64,000 bases of DNA, from the NCBI GenBank assembly GCA_034780895.1, contig JAUZTB010000064.1, forward strand, positions 81,699,779 through 81,763,778. The letters run 5' to 3'. Below, one piece after another: positions 38,836 through 51,029 of this stretch (the first letter of the stretch is position 1; each line of letters begins with the position of its first letter). This DNA is from Rhynchobatus australiae (Eukaryota). The position numbers and the translations under genes are program-made. A model generated the notes under the pieces. It had not been told where the DNA came from and ran no database searches. It was given only the letters and a program-made list of their open reading frames with translations.

Positions 38836-41466
38836 AAATGATGTCAGAAAATTCCTCACACAGAATGCGAACATATGGAAGGAACTTCCAGATAGATTGA
38901 CAGAAATTTTTTAAAAACTCAAATCATTTAAATTCACTGCTGCAAGCATGGACTGCTGGATAATTCTGGATGGGAGAACTAAGGTGGGCTAAATGTCCTT
39001 CCTCTTGTCTATAAATATCCTGTCTGACTGGGTCAATGCACTGGAAAGTTGATGAGAAAGACTTTCCCAAAGTTTTCTTTTGTTTTTTTTACATTGACTT
39101 GCTAGCACAAAATAATGACCCAAGACCTGATTTTACCTCATCACAAATCGTGAGGTTAAAAATTATGAACCTAAAACCCGTTCTGAGAAATTGTTTGGGC
39201 TGCGATTGTCCATGGGCTGTGACTGTGCAGAGAGGGAAATGAAATTCTTTTCATCTCTCACGTGCAAAAAATTACTGTAATCTGCTGACAATCTGCATTT
39301 ATCACATTAATTAAGGAACAAATTAGCTACAAAATGATAGCACACAGGAAAAACAATGAAACATTTTTTACATCCTGAGAAGACTCTGATTATCCAGAAC
39401 AAACAATGGCAGCTGAAACCACTTTACCTTGCCTGGGAATTTTTGATTTAACAATGATAACGAAGCATTTTTGTTTTAATTTTATCTCATGGCAAAGGTA
39501 CAGACAAGGAGAGTAATAGTGTGCACACTGAGAGATTATCCAGTCATCAATTCTAATTTTATGCTGTGTGCAATTTAGCGACCAGTTCTATTACATTATT
39601 TATATTGACTGCAGACTGTTGTATTCAGGAATGAAGCTGGCCAGATCAAGTTCTGGTGGCTCGAAGAAAGGAATCTTAAAGAGGTCACCACAAACCACCT
39701 CNNNNNNNNNNNNNNNNNNNNNNAACTGTTTTCAAACACTTGAAAACTTCCCAGGTATTTTTCAATATTGCCAAGAACTTCTTTTAAAATATCACTTTTA
39801 ATCTCTTTGGTTTTGGAGTGCTATACCCGCTCTATGCTAATATTAAATTTAACAAGCTTTTGAACCCAAATGAATAAACTTCTCTTCAAGCAGATGAACC
39901 AGCATTGTAATGCTGAAGTAATGCTATGAGTGGCTACCAGTCTTAAACTGATACCTCAACTATAATGGTGTCATGAGAATCACTGCAACATGATGACTGA
40001 CTCGAAAGACTGATAAACACCAGTGCTATTCATCAACACTGACAGATAAAACCTATAATGAGAGGATGTAAGTAATGGGTCGTTTGGGATTACAAAGGAT
40101 TTCCTGATAGCTAAGAGTCTGGTATTCTAACCAGAGAGATTTAGCCGGAGTCATGCAAATTCCCTTCTGATTATTTTTAAACTTGTCAAGCATAAATATT
40201 TCCCAAGACTTGAAACAGAATTTTTCTTTTAATTGTGCAATCTCATTCTGAAGTTTGCAATATGACACAAAATCTGGCAGCTCTGAAAACAGTGAAAATG
40301 GAAGACTCCAGAAGATCAATAACAGACTGGTGAAATGGGCAGGCAAGTGGCAGATGCAATTTAATGCAAGTTAGTGTGAAGAGATGCACTTTTGCAGAAG
40401 CAACGTGGAGAGGCAGTATTGTCTATATTAATGAAACAAATGACTGCAGATGCTGGAATCTAGATGAATGGTCTATATTAATGGTCTCCAATCTTTTTGA
40501 ATGAAAGCCCCACTTGTTCACACTCAATAAAATGACCACCTCCCATGTGACGATGTCACAGTGTGTTCCTTTCAAGGAGCTGGGGCTGTCCGATGGATTC
40601 CTGGTATCCCTAATGGCTGGGACAGCTGGCATTCCAAGCATATTTATTTATTTTTACTTTTTTTGTGAACTCTAATTCAGTTACTCTAAAAGGAAAAAAA
40701 AGTTTTCCTTGGACAGGTACATCAACAGAGATCCCAAGCTTAAAAGTTTAAAATAGTTGCTGGAGTTAAGAGGCACAATTAAGAGTATTTTTCACACAGG
40801 AGGTCTGTTGAAATGGCGGTGAATCAGATTGTGTAGGAACACTGAAAAATTAATTGCATGTTGGGGCAGGCTAATGGTGAGAGACTGATACCTCAACTAT
40901 CATGGTGTCTGGGGTATGGGCCAAACAACCATTTAACTGTGCTGGGCCAAATGGTCTCTTTCTGTGGTGTAACATGACTCAAATTTCCTGAACAACTCCA
41001 ATTTGCCATGATATTGGGATTTTTATGTACCTTTCATTTTGCTGCAAACTTTGGAAAATCTGATTAAATACACCCCAGAATATATTCTGCTGTGGTAAAG
41101 CCTTCAATGCTATTGGGTGTTATAGTTTGCAGCAGTGTTTCATTATTTATTGGAAAGACCTCTCCACACTGCTGAACCACCAATCTACTCAGCCATAGCA
41201 ACTTGCATTATAAGTACCATTTTTCTTAACTTCCTTCTGTCACTTGTTCCCCCTTTTCGATTTCTGTGGTGTAGAATGATGGTCACAGCTCCCCCTCCCT
41301 GTGTGATTCAGTCCAATGAATACCAAGTGGGCTCTCAACTTTGGTGGACATGAAAATGAAATTAAAGCTCATCTTCATCCAATGGGCCCAAGTGCACATT
41401 TCCTTCAGGATCATTCACTCGCTCCCAGGAGGAAACTTTCCTCATTTGTGTTTTTTCCAGTCTAGT

Positions 41467-41657
41467 CTGTAGATGCTGGAATCTGGAGCAAGGAACAAGG
41501 TGCTGGAGGAACTCAGCGGCTGTGGAGGGAAATGGACTGTCGACGGTTCAGGTCCGGACCCTTGATCTGGACCAGCATTTCCCTCCTCAGATGCTGCCTG
41601 AGCCGCTGAGTTCCTCTGGCTTTTTGTGTTGCTCCAGATTCCAGCATCCGCAGTCCC
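41467..41657. repeat. Penelope-derived palindromic element (~55-bp arms) with hammerhead remnant in the loop
   Basis: 41467-41521 is largely complementary to 41601-41653, with inner pair GAGGGAAATG/CATTTCCCTC. Minus strand reads GTC-CAGATCA-AGGGT-CCGG-ACCT-GAACC-GTC-GAC. Confidence 0.85.
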
Positions 41658-41699
41658 TGGCGTCTCTGGGTTCCTCCAGCATCTTGTTTGTTGATCTCC

Positions 41700-42850
41700 T
41701 CAGTGGAGGTCACATAAAAACCAGGGAGTCCTCTGAAAAATGTGGCCAAGTCCGTGATCCCCAGCTCCCCGGGGAGTGTGGTCGGGCTGGGTGGATTGGG
41801 GTGAGGGGAAAAGAGCTGGTCCCAGGAGCAAACGGCACCCACCTGAGACCCCATCTGGGCGGAGGGCGAGGACCGGGAGCGGACGTGGACGGCGACCGGG
41901 TCCTGGGCCCTTTCCAGCAAGTTATCGGCGGAGGCGAACATGCCGGAGTTCCTTGCGGACGAGTGCCGGTCAAAGGGGGGCGGCGGCGGCTGCTGGTGGC
42001 CAGGAGCCTGCCGGCTGTGGCGGGGGTCCCGCCCCGCGTCGTGAGGCGCCGTTTGGTTCAGCGTCAGCTCGGAGCCGTAGCGCCTGTCCACGCCGGCCCG
42101 GGCTTGGTTGGGGGGCGGCGAGGCGGAGCCGGGGGTGGGGGGCTGTCGGCCGGTGGAGGCGGCGATGCTCCCCGCCTCGCACAGGGAGCTGAGGCTGGAG
42201 CAGGAGGAGAGGCTGAGGCCGTCGGCCCGGCCCTGCTGCAGGTAGACGCTGTGGGAGCGCTCCCGGGCCCCGCCGGGCGCCAGCTGCGGCCTCCTGCCCG
42301 TCTTGCGGTGGATGTAGTCGGCGAGGGCGCTCTGCTGCAGCTGCTTCAGCTCCGGCCGCGACAGGTTGGCGGTGGACAGGGTGCGGGCGTCGCGCTCGAA
42401 CAGCCGCCGCCTGTCGGCCACCGAGCGCAACTCGGCCGCCTCGGGGAAGGTGAAGGTGCGCTCCTTGTGCCGCGCCTCGCCCGCTCCCGCGCCCACGCCC
42501 AGCTCGTTGATCTTCTCGGGCTCCGAGTACGAGCGCTTCTTCTGCTCGGCCGTCAGCCGCCGCCTGCCGCCGATGCGGGACACCTGCTGGCCGCCCGGCG
42601 CCTCGGCCGCCGCCTGCCTCTCCTCCGTCGGCGTGACACAGTGCCTCTCCCTCGGGGCGTGCGGCAGCTTGGCCTGGGAGGCCGAGCCCACGTGGGCCGA
42701 GGCCGGCCGCTCCAGGCCCTTGGGCTTGCTCAGGTAGGGAGGGGTTAAGTCCAGGTCCTTGCGGCGGAAGGAGGTGGCCCGCAGCACCTTGGTCTGGGCG
42801 TCCTTCAGGCTGTTCCTGTAGGCTCGGTTGAAGGCGTTGTCGGGAGGAGA
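41700..42850. promoter_or_regulatory. CpG-island-like segment over the ASD1-coding end of the giant exon
   Basis: Very GC-rich and CpG-dense by eye, unlike the rest of the window, which is CpG-depleted. Confidence 0.65.
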
Positions 42851-45161
42851 ACCCGAGATGTCATCTTCCCAGAGGGTGTCCCTCTCGCCTTTCTCCATCA
42901 ACTGGAGAGAGCTTCTGCTCTTGGTGAGCTGGCCGCCCTTGTTTGCGATGGGGATTGGGGCCCTGTCGTTCCTCTGAGCAGTTTTAGCAGTGAAATGCAA
43001 CTCCCTCTCCTGACGNNNNNNNNNNNNNNNNNNNNNNNNNNNNNNNNNNNNNNNNNNNNNNNNNNNNNNNNNNNNNNNNNNNNNNNNNNNNNNNNNNNNN
43101 NNNNNNNNNNNNNNNCTTGGGTCCTCTGACCTGCCGCTCACATCCCTGCTCTCGCATGTCAGGTGGTGAAGGATCGGGGTCTTGTCTGCAGTTATTAGGT
43201 TCATCATGGGAGCAGGCGGCTGTCTCGCTGGCTGGGGATCAGCGACCCTGCTCCGAACATCCTCCAGGCTGTTCAGTGAATTCCTTGAGCTGGAAGACTG
43301 GCTTAACCTGGCCGAGTATGAACCCGAGTGAAATCCTCGTGCATTCGGTACTCTCTCGTCGTGTTCCCGCTGTTCAATCATATTGACGGCCTCCAGAACA
43401 GAGGAGCGTTTGGTAACTTCAGGTTTTGCAAACTGCCCGCTCTGGGAACTTTGGGTGCTGCTAGAACTGTACCTGGACCTCCCGGAGTCGGGTTTACCCT
43501 GCTGTTCTTGGCACTGGCTCTGTTCCTGAAACTTTGGCTGAACAGTGTTGATCACTTCACTGTAGCGTCTGGGACATGATTGTTTTTCATAGTTTCCCCA
43601 GTGGTCGGAGACCTGCTCTTTCCTGTCTTGGTCCAACTTTTGGGATAATCTGACGTCGCTGTAACTTTCCCACTGCTGTGAGATCTTTGCATCCAAATTT
43701 TGTTGCTTACAGTGGCTCATTTTACTTTCTTGTTGGTTTTGCCAGAATGGGGAGCTCTGTCTGTCTCTATCCTGCATCCAAGGTGACTGATTTTCCTGTT
43801 CAGTTTTCCACTGATAAGACTCTCCATCAATTTGGCCTTTTCCTTGCCAGCTCTCGGTTCGCTGAACAGACAAACTTTTCTCACTGCTTTTCCTTCTTTG
43901 CTGGGCTTGTGGCAGTTCACTGTTTCCACCAGAATACTGTGCATCCACTGTACTGGTGCTGACACCTGATGGTGCACTTGGACTGGATTGGTGACCGACA
44001 TCAGGCAACACTGGAACAGTGTCAGGGAAGACGTGTACCTTGTAGTGACCATATTGTCCCTGTGTGCGCTCCGGAGCCATCTCATATTTGTTGTCAGAAT
44101 CAAGTGCAGCATTGAGTTGATAAAGACCAGACTTATTGCCAATGCTTTGGTCTTTGCTTTCCTCAACATTACATGGAGTACATTTAGTCCTCTCAGCTGA
44201 ATTTTGAGCACTGAGTGTACTTTCTCTACTTAGAGCAGGGTACAGTAACCCATTATTGTTGCTTTGAAGCACGAAATTGCTGTTATTGGTTGGCGCCTGT
44301 GCATACCGTGGCTCTGGCTGGGGCACAGGATAAATTCCGGTCGGTAGCATGGGTTGACCTGGCTGTGGTGTTTGGATGTAACTGTGCTTAGGTTGCGTAA
44401 CTGGGCTACTTTCAGGGCTCTTCTCCATCACTGTGTTGAGTTGCCCTTCTATAAATGGAGGCTTCAGTGGATGAGCTTGTCCGGAACACCCTGTGTTGGT
44501 CAGATGAGGCCACGCTCCCTTTTGTTGAGGCCTAACAGGCTTGCTCTGTCCATCCAGACTTGACCAGGACGTGGGCTTATCGTGGCTTTTGATTGCCATG
44601 AAGCTGTCACTGCGGGTCGGAGGAAGAGGAGGTGCTTTATTGTCCGGCTCGAAGGATCCCCTGCTTGGGTTATTCCACACTGGACCGATACTGTGTCTGT
44701 TGCCACTGTATGGCTTGTAATAGCTTCTGGGATCAGTCTGGGATCGACCATTAGAACTTTTTATAGTCGAAGGACAGCTGACCTCACGTTCCTCAGATAT
44801 TCCTCTGTGGGAGTCGTAGACTGTTTTTACATACTTTATATCAGCCTGTCTGATTCCTTCATGTAGACTATTCCTGGAAGGCATGTTTTCCATGGAATAG
44901 GAACGTTCATTACGGAAGGTTGGAGCTGGATATTCAGGAATGCTGGAGCTTGTAGAAAAGGAGCTGTAAGCAGAGTCTCTTTTGCTGTGATGATGAGAAA
45001 GCTGATCGATACTGTTGGTGGATTTGGCAGGTGAGAGGTTGCAAGAGTGATAAGGAAGATTGGTATGGTCCAGGCTTTCCATGCTCCCTCTTGAACTATA
45101 CTGATCAGGACTCCTTCTTAGATACCCATGATCGTAGCCTGAGAGGTCACTGGTAGAAGAA
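41843..45161 (-). CDS. shroom3: SHROOM3 giant central exon (~3.3 kb) including the ASD1 actin-binding domain
   Basis: Within ORF 41513..45244. Shroom3 signature SSTSDLSGYDHGYLRRSPDQYSSRGSMESL...KRDSAYSSFSTSSS. ASD1 motifs LKDAQTKVLRATSFRRKDL, RIGGRRRLTAEQKKRSYSEPEK and SVADRRRLFE (~42290-42825). Acceptor ttttgtctcaccAG at 45163-45162; donor CAG|GTGGGT at 41842. Contains a 100-N gap at 43016-43115. Confidence 0.95.
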
Positions 45162-45527
45162 CTGGTGAGACAAAAGAAAGGTAATATTGTATAAAAGACT
45201 GTCATTGATAAGCAGGCAAATTCAAATATAATAAACACTATCATAATNNNNNNNNNNNNNNNNNNNNNNNNNNNNNNNNNNNNNNNNNNNNNNNNNNNNN
45301 NNNNNNNNNNNNNNNNNNNNNNNNNNNNNNNNNNNNNNNNNNNNNNNCACTATCATAATATCCAGAATATATCCTGTAAGTTGACAAATAATGAAACCTG
45401 AATTTAAAGGCAAAACTCCCAACTGACATTTACAGAATATCCTGCATTTATTGCTTGTCTAGTTTTTTATTCTATTCATGCATAGGATGTGGGCAATACC
45501 AGCATTTGTTGCTCATCCTGAAATGAG

Positions 45528-45650
45528 TGGAACAAAAAACAGAACACTGGAAGAACTCAACGGGTCAAGCAGCACTTGTGGAAGCAACAGGTGCAAGTAT
45601 TCCAGCATTCTGTTTTTTTTGTTGCAGATTCCAGTACCTGCAGTCTCTGT
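45528..45650. repeat. Penelope-derived imperfect palindrome
   Basis: AACAAAAAACAGAACACTGGAA pairs with TTCCAGCATTCTGTTTTTTTTGTT; family tail GCAGATTCCAGTACCTGCAGTC. Confidence 0.65.
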
Positions 45651-47899
45651 TTTGAACCGAGTGGTCTTTTCAATGGGAGGTTAAGAGAGAACAAGTTGGT
45701 CTGAGGTCACACAGAGACTGGACCAGATAAGGTTGGCAGATCTCTTCTGAAGGACATTGCATCCATATATCTTTCTTTAGAACTGTCTGGGGAAATTTGT
45801 GGCCACCACAGTGATACCATTTATTTAATGATTTGAATTTAAATTTTCTAGTTGTCATGGTAGGATTTGAATTTGTGTCTTTTTAATTAATTGTCCAGGC
45901 TTCTGGGTACTAGTCCAGTGACTTAACCATTCAGCTAATGTACCTTTATTTAGTTGGGTGTTCTAAAAATCACTTGTAATTTCAAGTGTACTGCAAAACA
46001 TTATTTGTTTATGGATTCACTTGAAATTGCCTTTCAATTTGAAACATAACCTGATTGATAGAAATTTGCCGCGCTGATGGTCTCTGTAGGCAGGTTTAGG
46101 ATCCAATTGAATGGTTTGCTCAATGTTGCATTAGTGAAACTCGTGCATGGTTACTTGGGCTATTTTCTATTTGAAAGATCTTAATCATTAAGGATATCTT
46201 TCTTAGAAACCACAGATTTCCTTCAACAGTCTAACACAGTGCTGATCTGTGGCAATGTCTATTAAAACATATACTTAGCTTTTTATCTCTATTATTTATA
46301 CAAACTGAGATTTCTATTTAAGAATTTTTAAGTGATAGGTATCATAATAGACCATAACTACACGCACCAACAATCAGATCGCAAGGAGAGTGTTGTTCAT
46401 CTATTAAAATAAAACACTCAGGAATCTGTACAGGATTTCTTGCACCTGCACGCTTCATTGAAATATCTTTCATGATTAATTCTTATGTTCACATTTATAA
46501 TGGTCAATGCATGAGTGAACTTGCTAGATGGTAATTACGCACTCCTGCCTCTTGATGTGCTGCAGTACAACTACTGGGAAAAGTGTACAATGTAATGAAT
46601 TTACATTGGCAATATTCAAGTGTAGACATAGGAATCGATTATGGAAATGTAAGAAAAAGAGCAGAAAGTGTACGACTTTAAAATGTGGACTAATTAAAAA
46701 TGTGATGCTGGTCAATTTTTCCCATCTCCTTGCTTTCTTTCACCTGAAGATGTACTCATCTTGATTTAGTGGTGTGCAATATCATTTATATATAATGCAA
46801 CTACAATATTTGATTTCCTTCATTCAACCATTATCTTCACCAAATAAACAAAGAGTCAGTTCTCTAATCTTAGCCCATGTTCAATTCTGTCTGATTCACC
46901 TTCCCTTTCTTGCTGACCTAAATGTCTTTCATTTTTCCAAAGAATTTGTCCAAATCCCTTCATCCTTGTGACCACTAACAACCTAATATATTATTCCACA
47001 CTATTCCATCTTCTAATGTTTCTGTTTATCTCCCTCATTAATAAGAGTATTTTCAATGATTTATTTTTGCTCTCTGGAATTCATTTAGATCGACCTTTTT
47101 GTCCTAATTCTTATATTACAGCTAGCATTTCTTCCTCGATTCATTTTATCTAATTTCCCACTTCATTGAGGCACAGTGGGATATTTCCTGTTTTGTTCTG
47201 GCAGATGTTGTTTCTTTAGTTACAATATTTGCATTTTTCTCTCAAACTGCCTTGGTGCATAATAGCTACTTAAATCTGGAATGTATTCAGCAGATGAACA
47301 TGGCCCCATCTACGTACTTCAAAAAAGGATGTAAATGACAGAGCAAATGATTTGGATTGAATGGCTTCTTCTTGTTCCTACACAAACTACAAAGATCTGC
47401 ATAAATATTCCAAAGTTACAAAGTCTCCATAGAGTGTGGAATAAAAAGCTCACTTCGTTTAATTCCGCAGTGAATGGAGGAGTGGATGCATTCCAGACTT
47501 AGCACTGTGCAATTAGAAACCAAATGTTACCTAGGAATCACTTTTCTCTGTAAGCTGCATGTGCCCAGCAACGGATGACATCACTGTGGTTGTTCAACGT
47601 AATAGCAACTCACAGATTCCTTCACTACAAAACAAAACCTTACAATTTGAGCAGTACCCAAAGTATTTGTATGAATTTTAGTTTGTTTAGTGGTAAATAT
47701 AGTAACCAAGGACTTTTGCAAGGGATTGATGATTTTAGAAAAGAGGGATTAAAATAAANNNNNNNNNNNNNCCAAAAAAAATGTAACTCTGCAGTTCATT
47801 TACTGCAACTAGTTTATTAAAAAAACAAGTCATTTGGCAGACGGGCTTATGGAGAATAGAGGCTAAATCAGGAATGGAAATATTAGGAAACTGACCCAT

Positions 47900-49500
47900 G
47901 AAGTTTGATTAGAGATGGATTTTGAGGAGATTTTTAAAGGATGAAAAGGTGGTGCTGATGATAGTTAATGGGCAAGTTCCAGACAGTAGGGCATGAAACA
48001 TGAAAATAAGATGACAAAACAACTTAACCTCAATTTGGTGCCTAAGGATGAAAAATATCCTAAGCTTGAGAGAAAAGATTAGATACTGATCCAAAAGAAC
48101 AGACTCAAATACGGTGCAGGGGGGAGGTGGAGGGTGGTTGGTGTTTACACAGGACCGGAGATGGTGGAAAGTGCCTTGGAGGAATTTGCAGATGGCCAGT
48201 GGCAGGGTGATTGAGGAAAGGAGGTGGAGCCAAAGAGACACAATGTTCAAGAGGAGTGATGGNNNNNNNNNNAAATCTTAATTTAAAAGATTAAGTCAGG
48301 AACAGTGAGGAAGATGGGTGAGCAGGGTTTGATAATGGTTGGGACATTGTCAGCAGTTTTCATGACCAAAAGTTTGTGCGGGGTTGGTAATGAGAGGCAG
48401 CTTAGGAGAGCATTATTGGTCATGTTTGATGAAGACGTAGATGAAGTGTTCAGTAGCAGAAAGGTTGCGTTAAAGCTGGTTACAAAAGGATGTATGGGGT
48501 CTTTGTGACAGAAATATTCTGGAGTTGGAAGTTTAGTTCTGGAAAATGCAAATTACCAAGACTGGGAGCAGTTTAGTTCTGCCTGAAGCAGCAACACAGG
48601 GGGAAGGAAGCAAACAATAGTTAGGGAGCAGAGGTTATAGCTGGAGATGAAGACCAGTTTAGAGCTTTCCAATTTTCAGATGATGAAAGTTCAGGCTCAT
48701 TCAAGACAGGATGCTGATCAAGGAGTCTGACAACACAGTGGCAGGGGGAGGATTGTAGGAGGCAGTACAGAGATTTGTGTTATTACAGCTCCCACATGTG
48801 GGAGCTGACCCCATGGCTTAGTACATCTTTCTGCTATGTAAGTTCAACCATCTAATTCTATGATTAGGTANNNNNNNNNNACATGATGTGGAAGCAAATT
48901 AGCACAGTTCCAATTCCCACGACAACAGGAGACGATGTCTGGAAGAGGATAGTTAACCATATTAAGGACTATGGAGTGTGAAAATATACCACTATCACAT
49001 TTGTAGAGAATATTATTCATTATTCTGTTTTGGCATTGTACTGTATGGAGACTGGATTGGAGAGGTTCAACTGTGTTATAAGGAAAAATTGAAATGGTTT
49101 AGGCCAATAGGAATGGATTTGGGAAGGAACAGCAAGATTACACACTTTGAAGAAAAATATGATTCTGGAAATGGGACAGTGGTTGTAAAGACATGGGGGT
49201 TGTGGTCTGTTTTACAAGGAGTAGGATTTGAGGTGAAAATGGGTTGAGCAGTAGAGTGGGGGAGGGTGGCAGGGGAGTAGTTTAATGACATAGTTGGACA
49301 GGACAGTAAAACTGGAGTTATTTTTGTGTGTTGAGGAAATATCCCAAAGTAATGGCCAGTTTTGACCAAGGAGAAAGAAGCAATGTGACGTTTGACATAG
49401 TCATATGTTACATGGGATGGTTAAAGTACTTGTAGAGTAGATATGCTTTACTAAGTGTCCCGGGCACTTGGAGAATGATTGATGGAGGATACCATGATAG
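47900..49500 (-). mobile_element. Very old LINE remnant (L2-like)
   Basis: Purine-skewed + strand with patchy similarity to L2-type sequence; no intact ORF. Family assignment is tentative. Confidence 0.4.
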
Positions 49501-51029
49501 TTTGAGAATTAAGGGATCAATGGTAGAAAAAAAATGGAGAGGTTAAGCTAGTCATCTGTTACAGAAACTAGAAGAAAAGGGGAATAATGTGGGATTAGTG
49601 GTTGATGGTCAGTGCAGCCTTGGTGGGCCGAAGGGACTGTTTTTGTATTGTATCTCTCTATGACTATGAAGATAAACAACTTGGATGGGGTGAAAAGAGT
49701 GTTCCCTTCCTTCTTCATTGATGTCCACATTTGATTAAAAAGCAGAGGCTATTTAATTCTTTCCGGAGCAGTGATTAAAAACTGATATAAATGTGAAACA
49801 AATAGGAGTAATTGATTTAATGTTTGGAGTGAAGATTTTTCAGTGTGATGTTCAAACATGTCGGAGAGACTCAGGAGTGTGTTCAGTTCCCCTAATTTTA
49901 CACATGTAGAACACAAGAAAATAGGAGCAGGAGAAGACCACTTGGCCCCTCAAGTCCTCCCTGTTATTCAATGTGATCATGGCTCAAGTAACTGCAGTGA
50001 TTTAGCTTCAAAGTATATCTGGTTGGGTGTAACCTGTCCAAGATCATCATTGTTATATTGTATGAAATTGAGTCTAGAACATAATGAACAAGTGTAGGCT
50101 ATTTCTCTCCTTAAGCCTCTAGCTCCCTTTTAATTAGATCAGATCAGATGTGATCTGCACCTCATCTGCATTTTCCTGTCTATGTTCTACATCCTTTCAT
50201 ATCCAAACCCAACAAAGATCCATCAGTCTCAGTCCTGAAAGTTCAAACTGACCCAGCCTTCGAAGGCTTTTAAGGAAGACAATTTCAGATGTTCCTGAAG
50301 GGCCTTGCTCATGGTCAAATATGTGTGCCCTTCTTTTTATTTTTCCTTTTGTTTCTGTCCTACCAAAGAGAAAATAGTTTATCCATAGATCCTCATATCA
50401 TTTTAAGAACTTGAATGCAGGGAAGCAATGCAGCACCACTGCGGTGGATTGCGCCAAATACTGAAGGAATGGTGCACTCACATCCCCTATTAACTTCTCT
50501 CAAGGCAGTCAATGCTTCATAGGTGGCAGCAGCTATCTGTTACATTGTCAAGATGGTCAGCCTTCATGGGCGAGTGCCAGTGGTGAGCACCAGACATTCA
50601 GGGGACAATATCACAGCAAAATACAGTCCTATCCTGACTGGAAACTTGTACCTTTTCTAGAAAATCCATTGGAGGACAATTGGGAAGAGGATGCTGNNNN
50701 NNNNNNNNNNNNNNNNNNNNNNNNNNNNNNNNNNNNNNNNNNNNNNNNNNNNNNNNNNNNNNNNNNNNNNNNNNNNNNNNNNNNNNNNNNNNNNNNNNNN
50801 NNNNNNNNNNNNNNNAAGTCAACAAGGATTCAAGTTTCATAAGAAAAGTGGATTTCTTATGAAAGGTAGTTATTTGATTATCTTTCTGTGCTTAAATATT
50901 TATATACCTCATAAAATAGCAAAAATCTTAACATCCTGCATTTGTTTGTTGGTCACCTACTTATGCAAGACTGTGCTCAGATAATGTTTCCAATAGTTTC
51001 CTATAGCTATCTTGAAGTAGACAATAAGA

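Noticed and set aside
41522-42748. 408-aa + strand ORF antisense to SHROOM3
   Set aside because: Shadow ORF. Extreme GC removes stop codons, it starts inside a repeat, and the product is low-complexity G/A/R/L with no recognisable domain.
41513-45244. 1243-aa ORF as a stand-alone gene with a hydrophobic N-terminal signal
   Set aside because: The first ~27 aa are the intron's polypyrimidine tract and the last ~110 aa are intron and repeat read-through; the true exon is 45161-41843.
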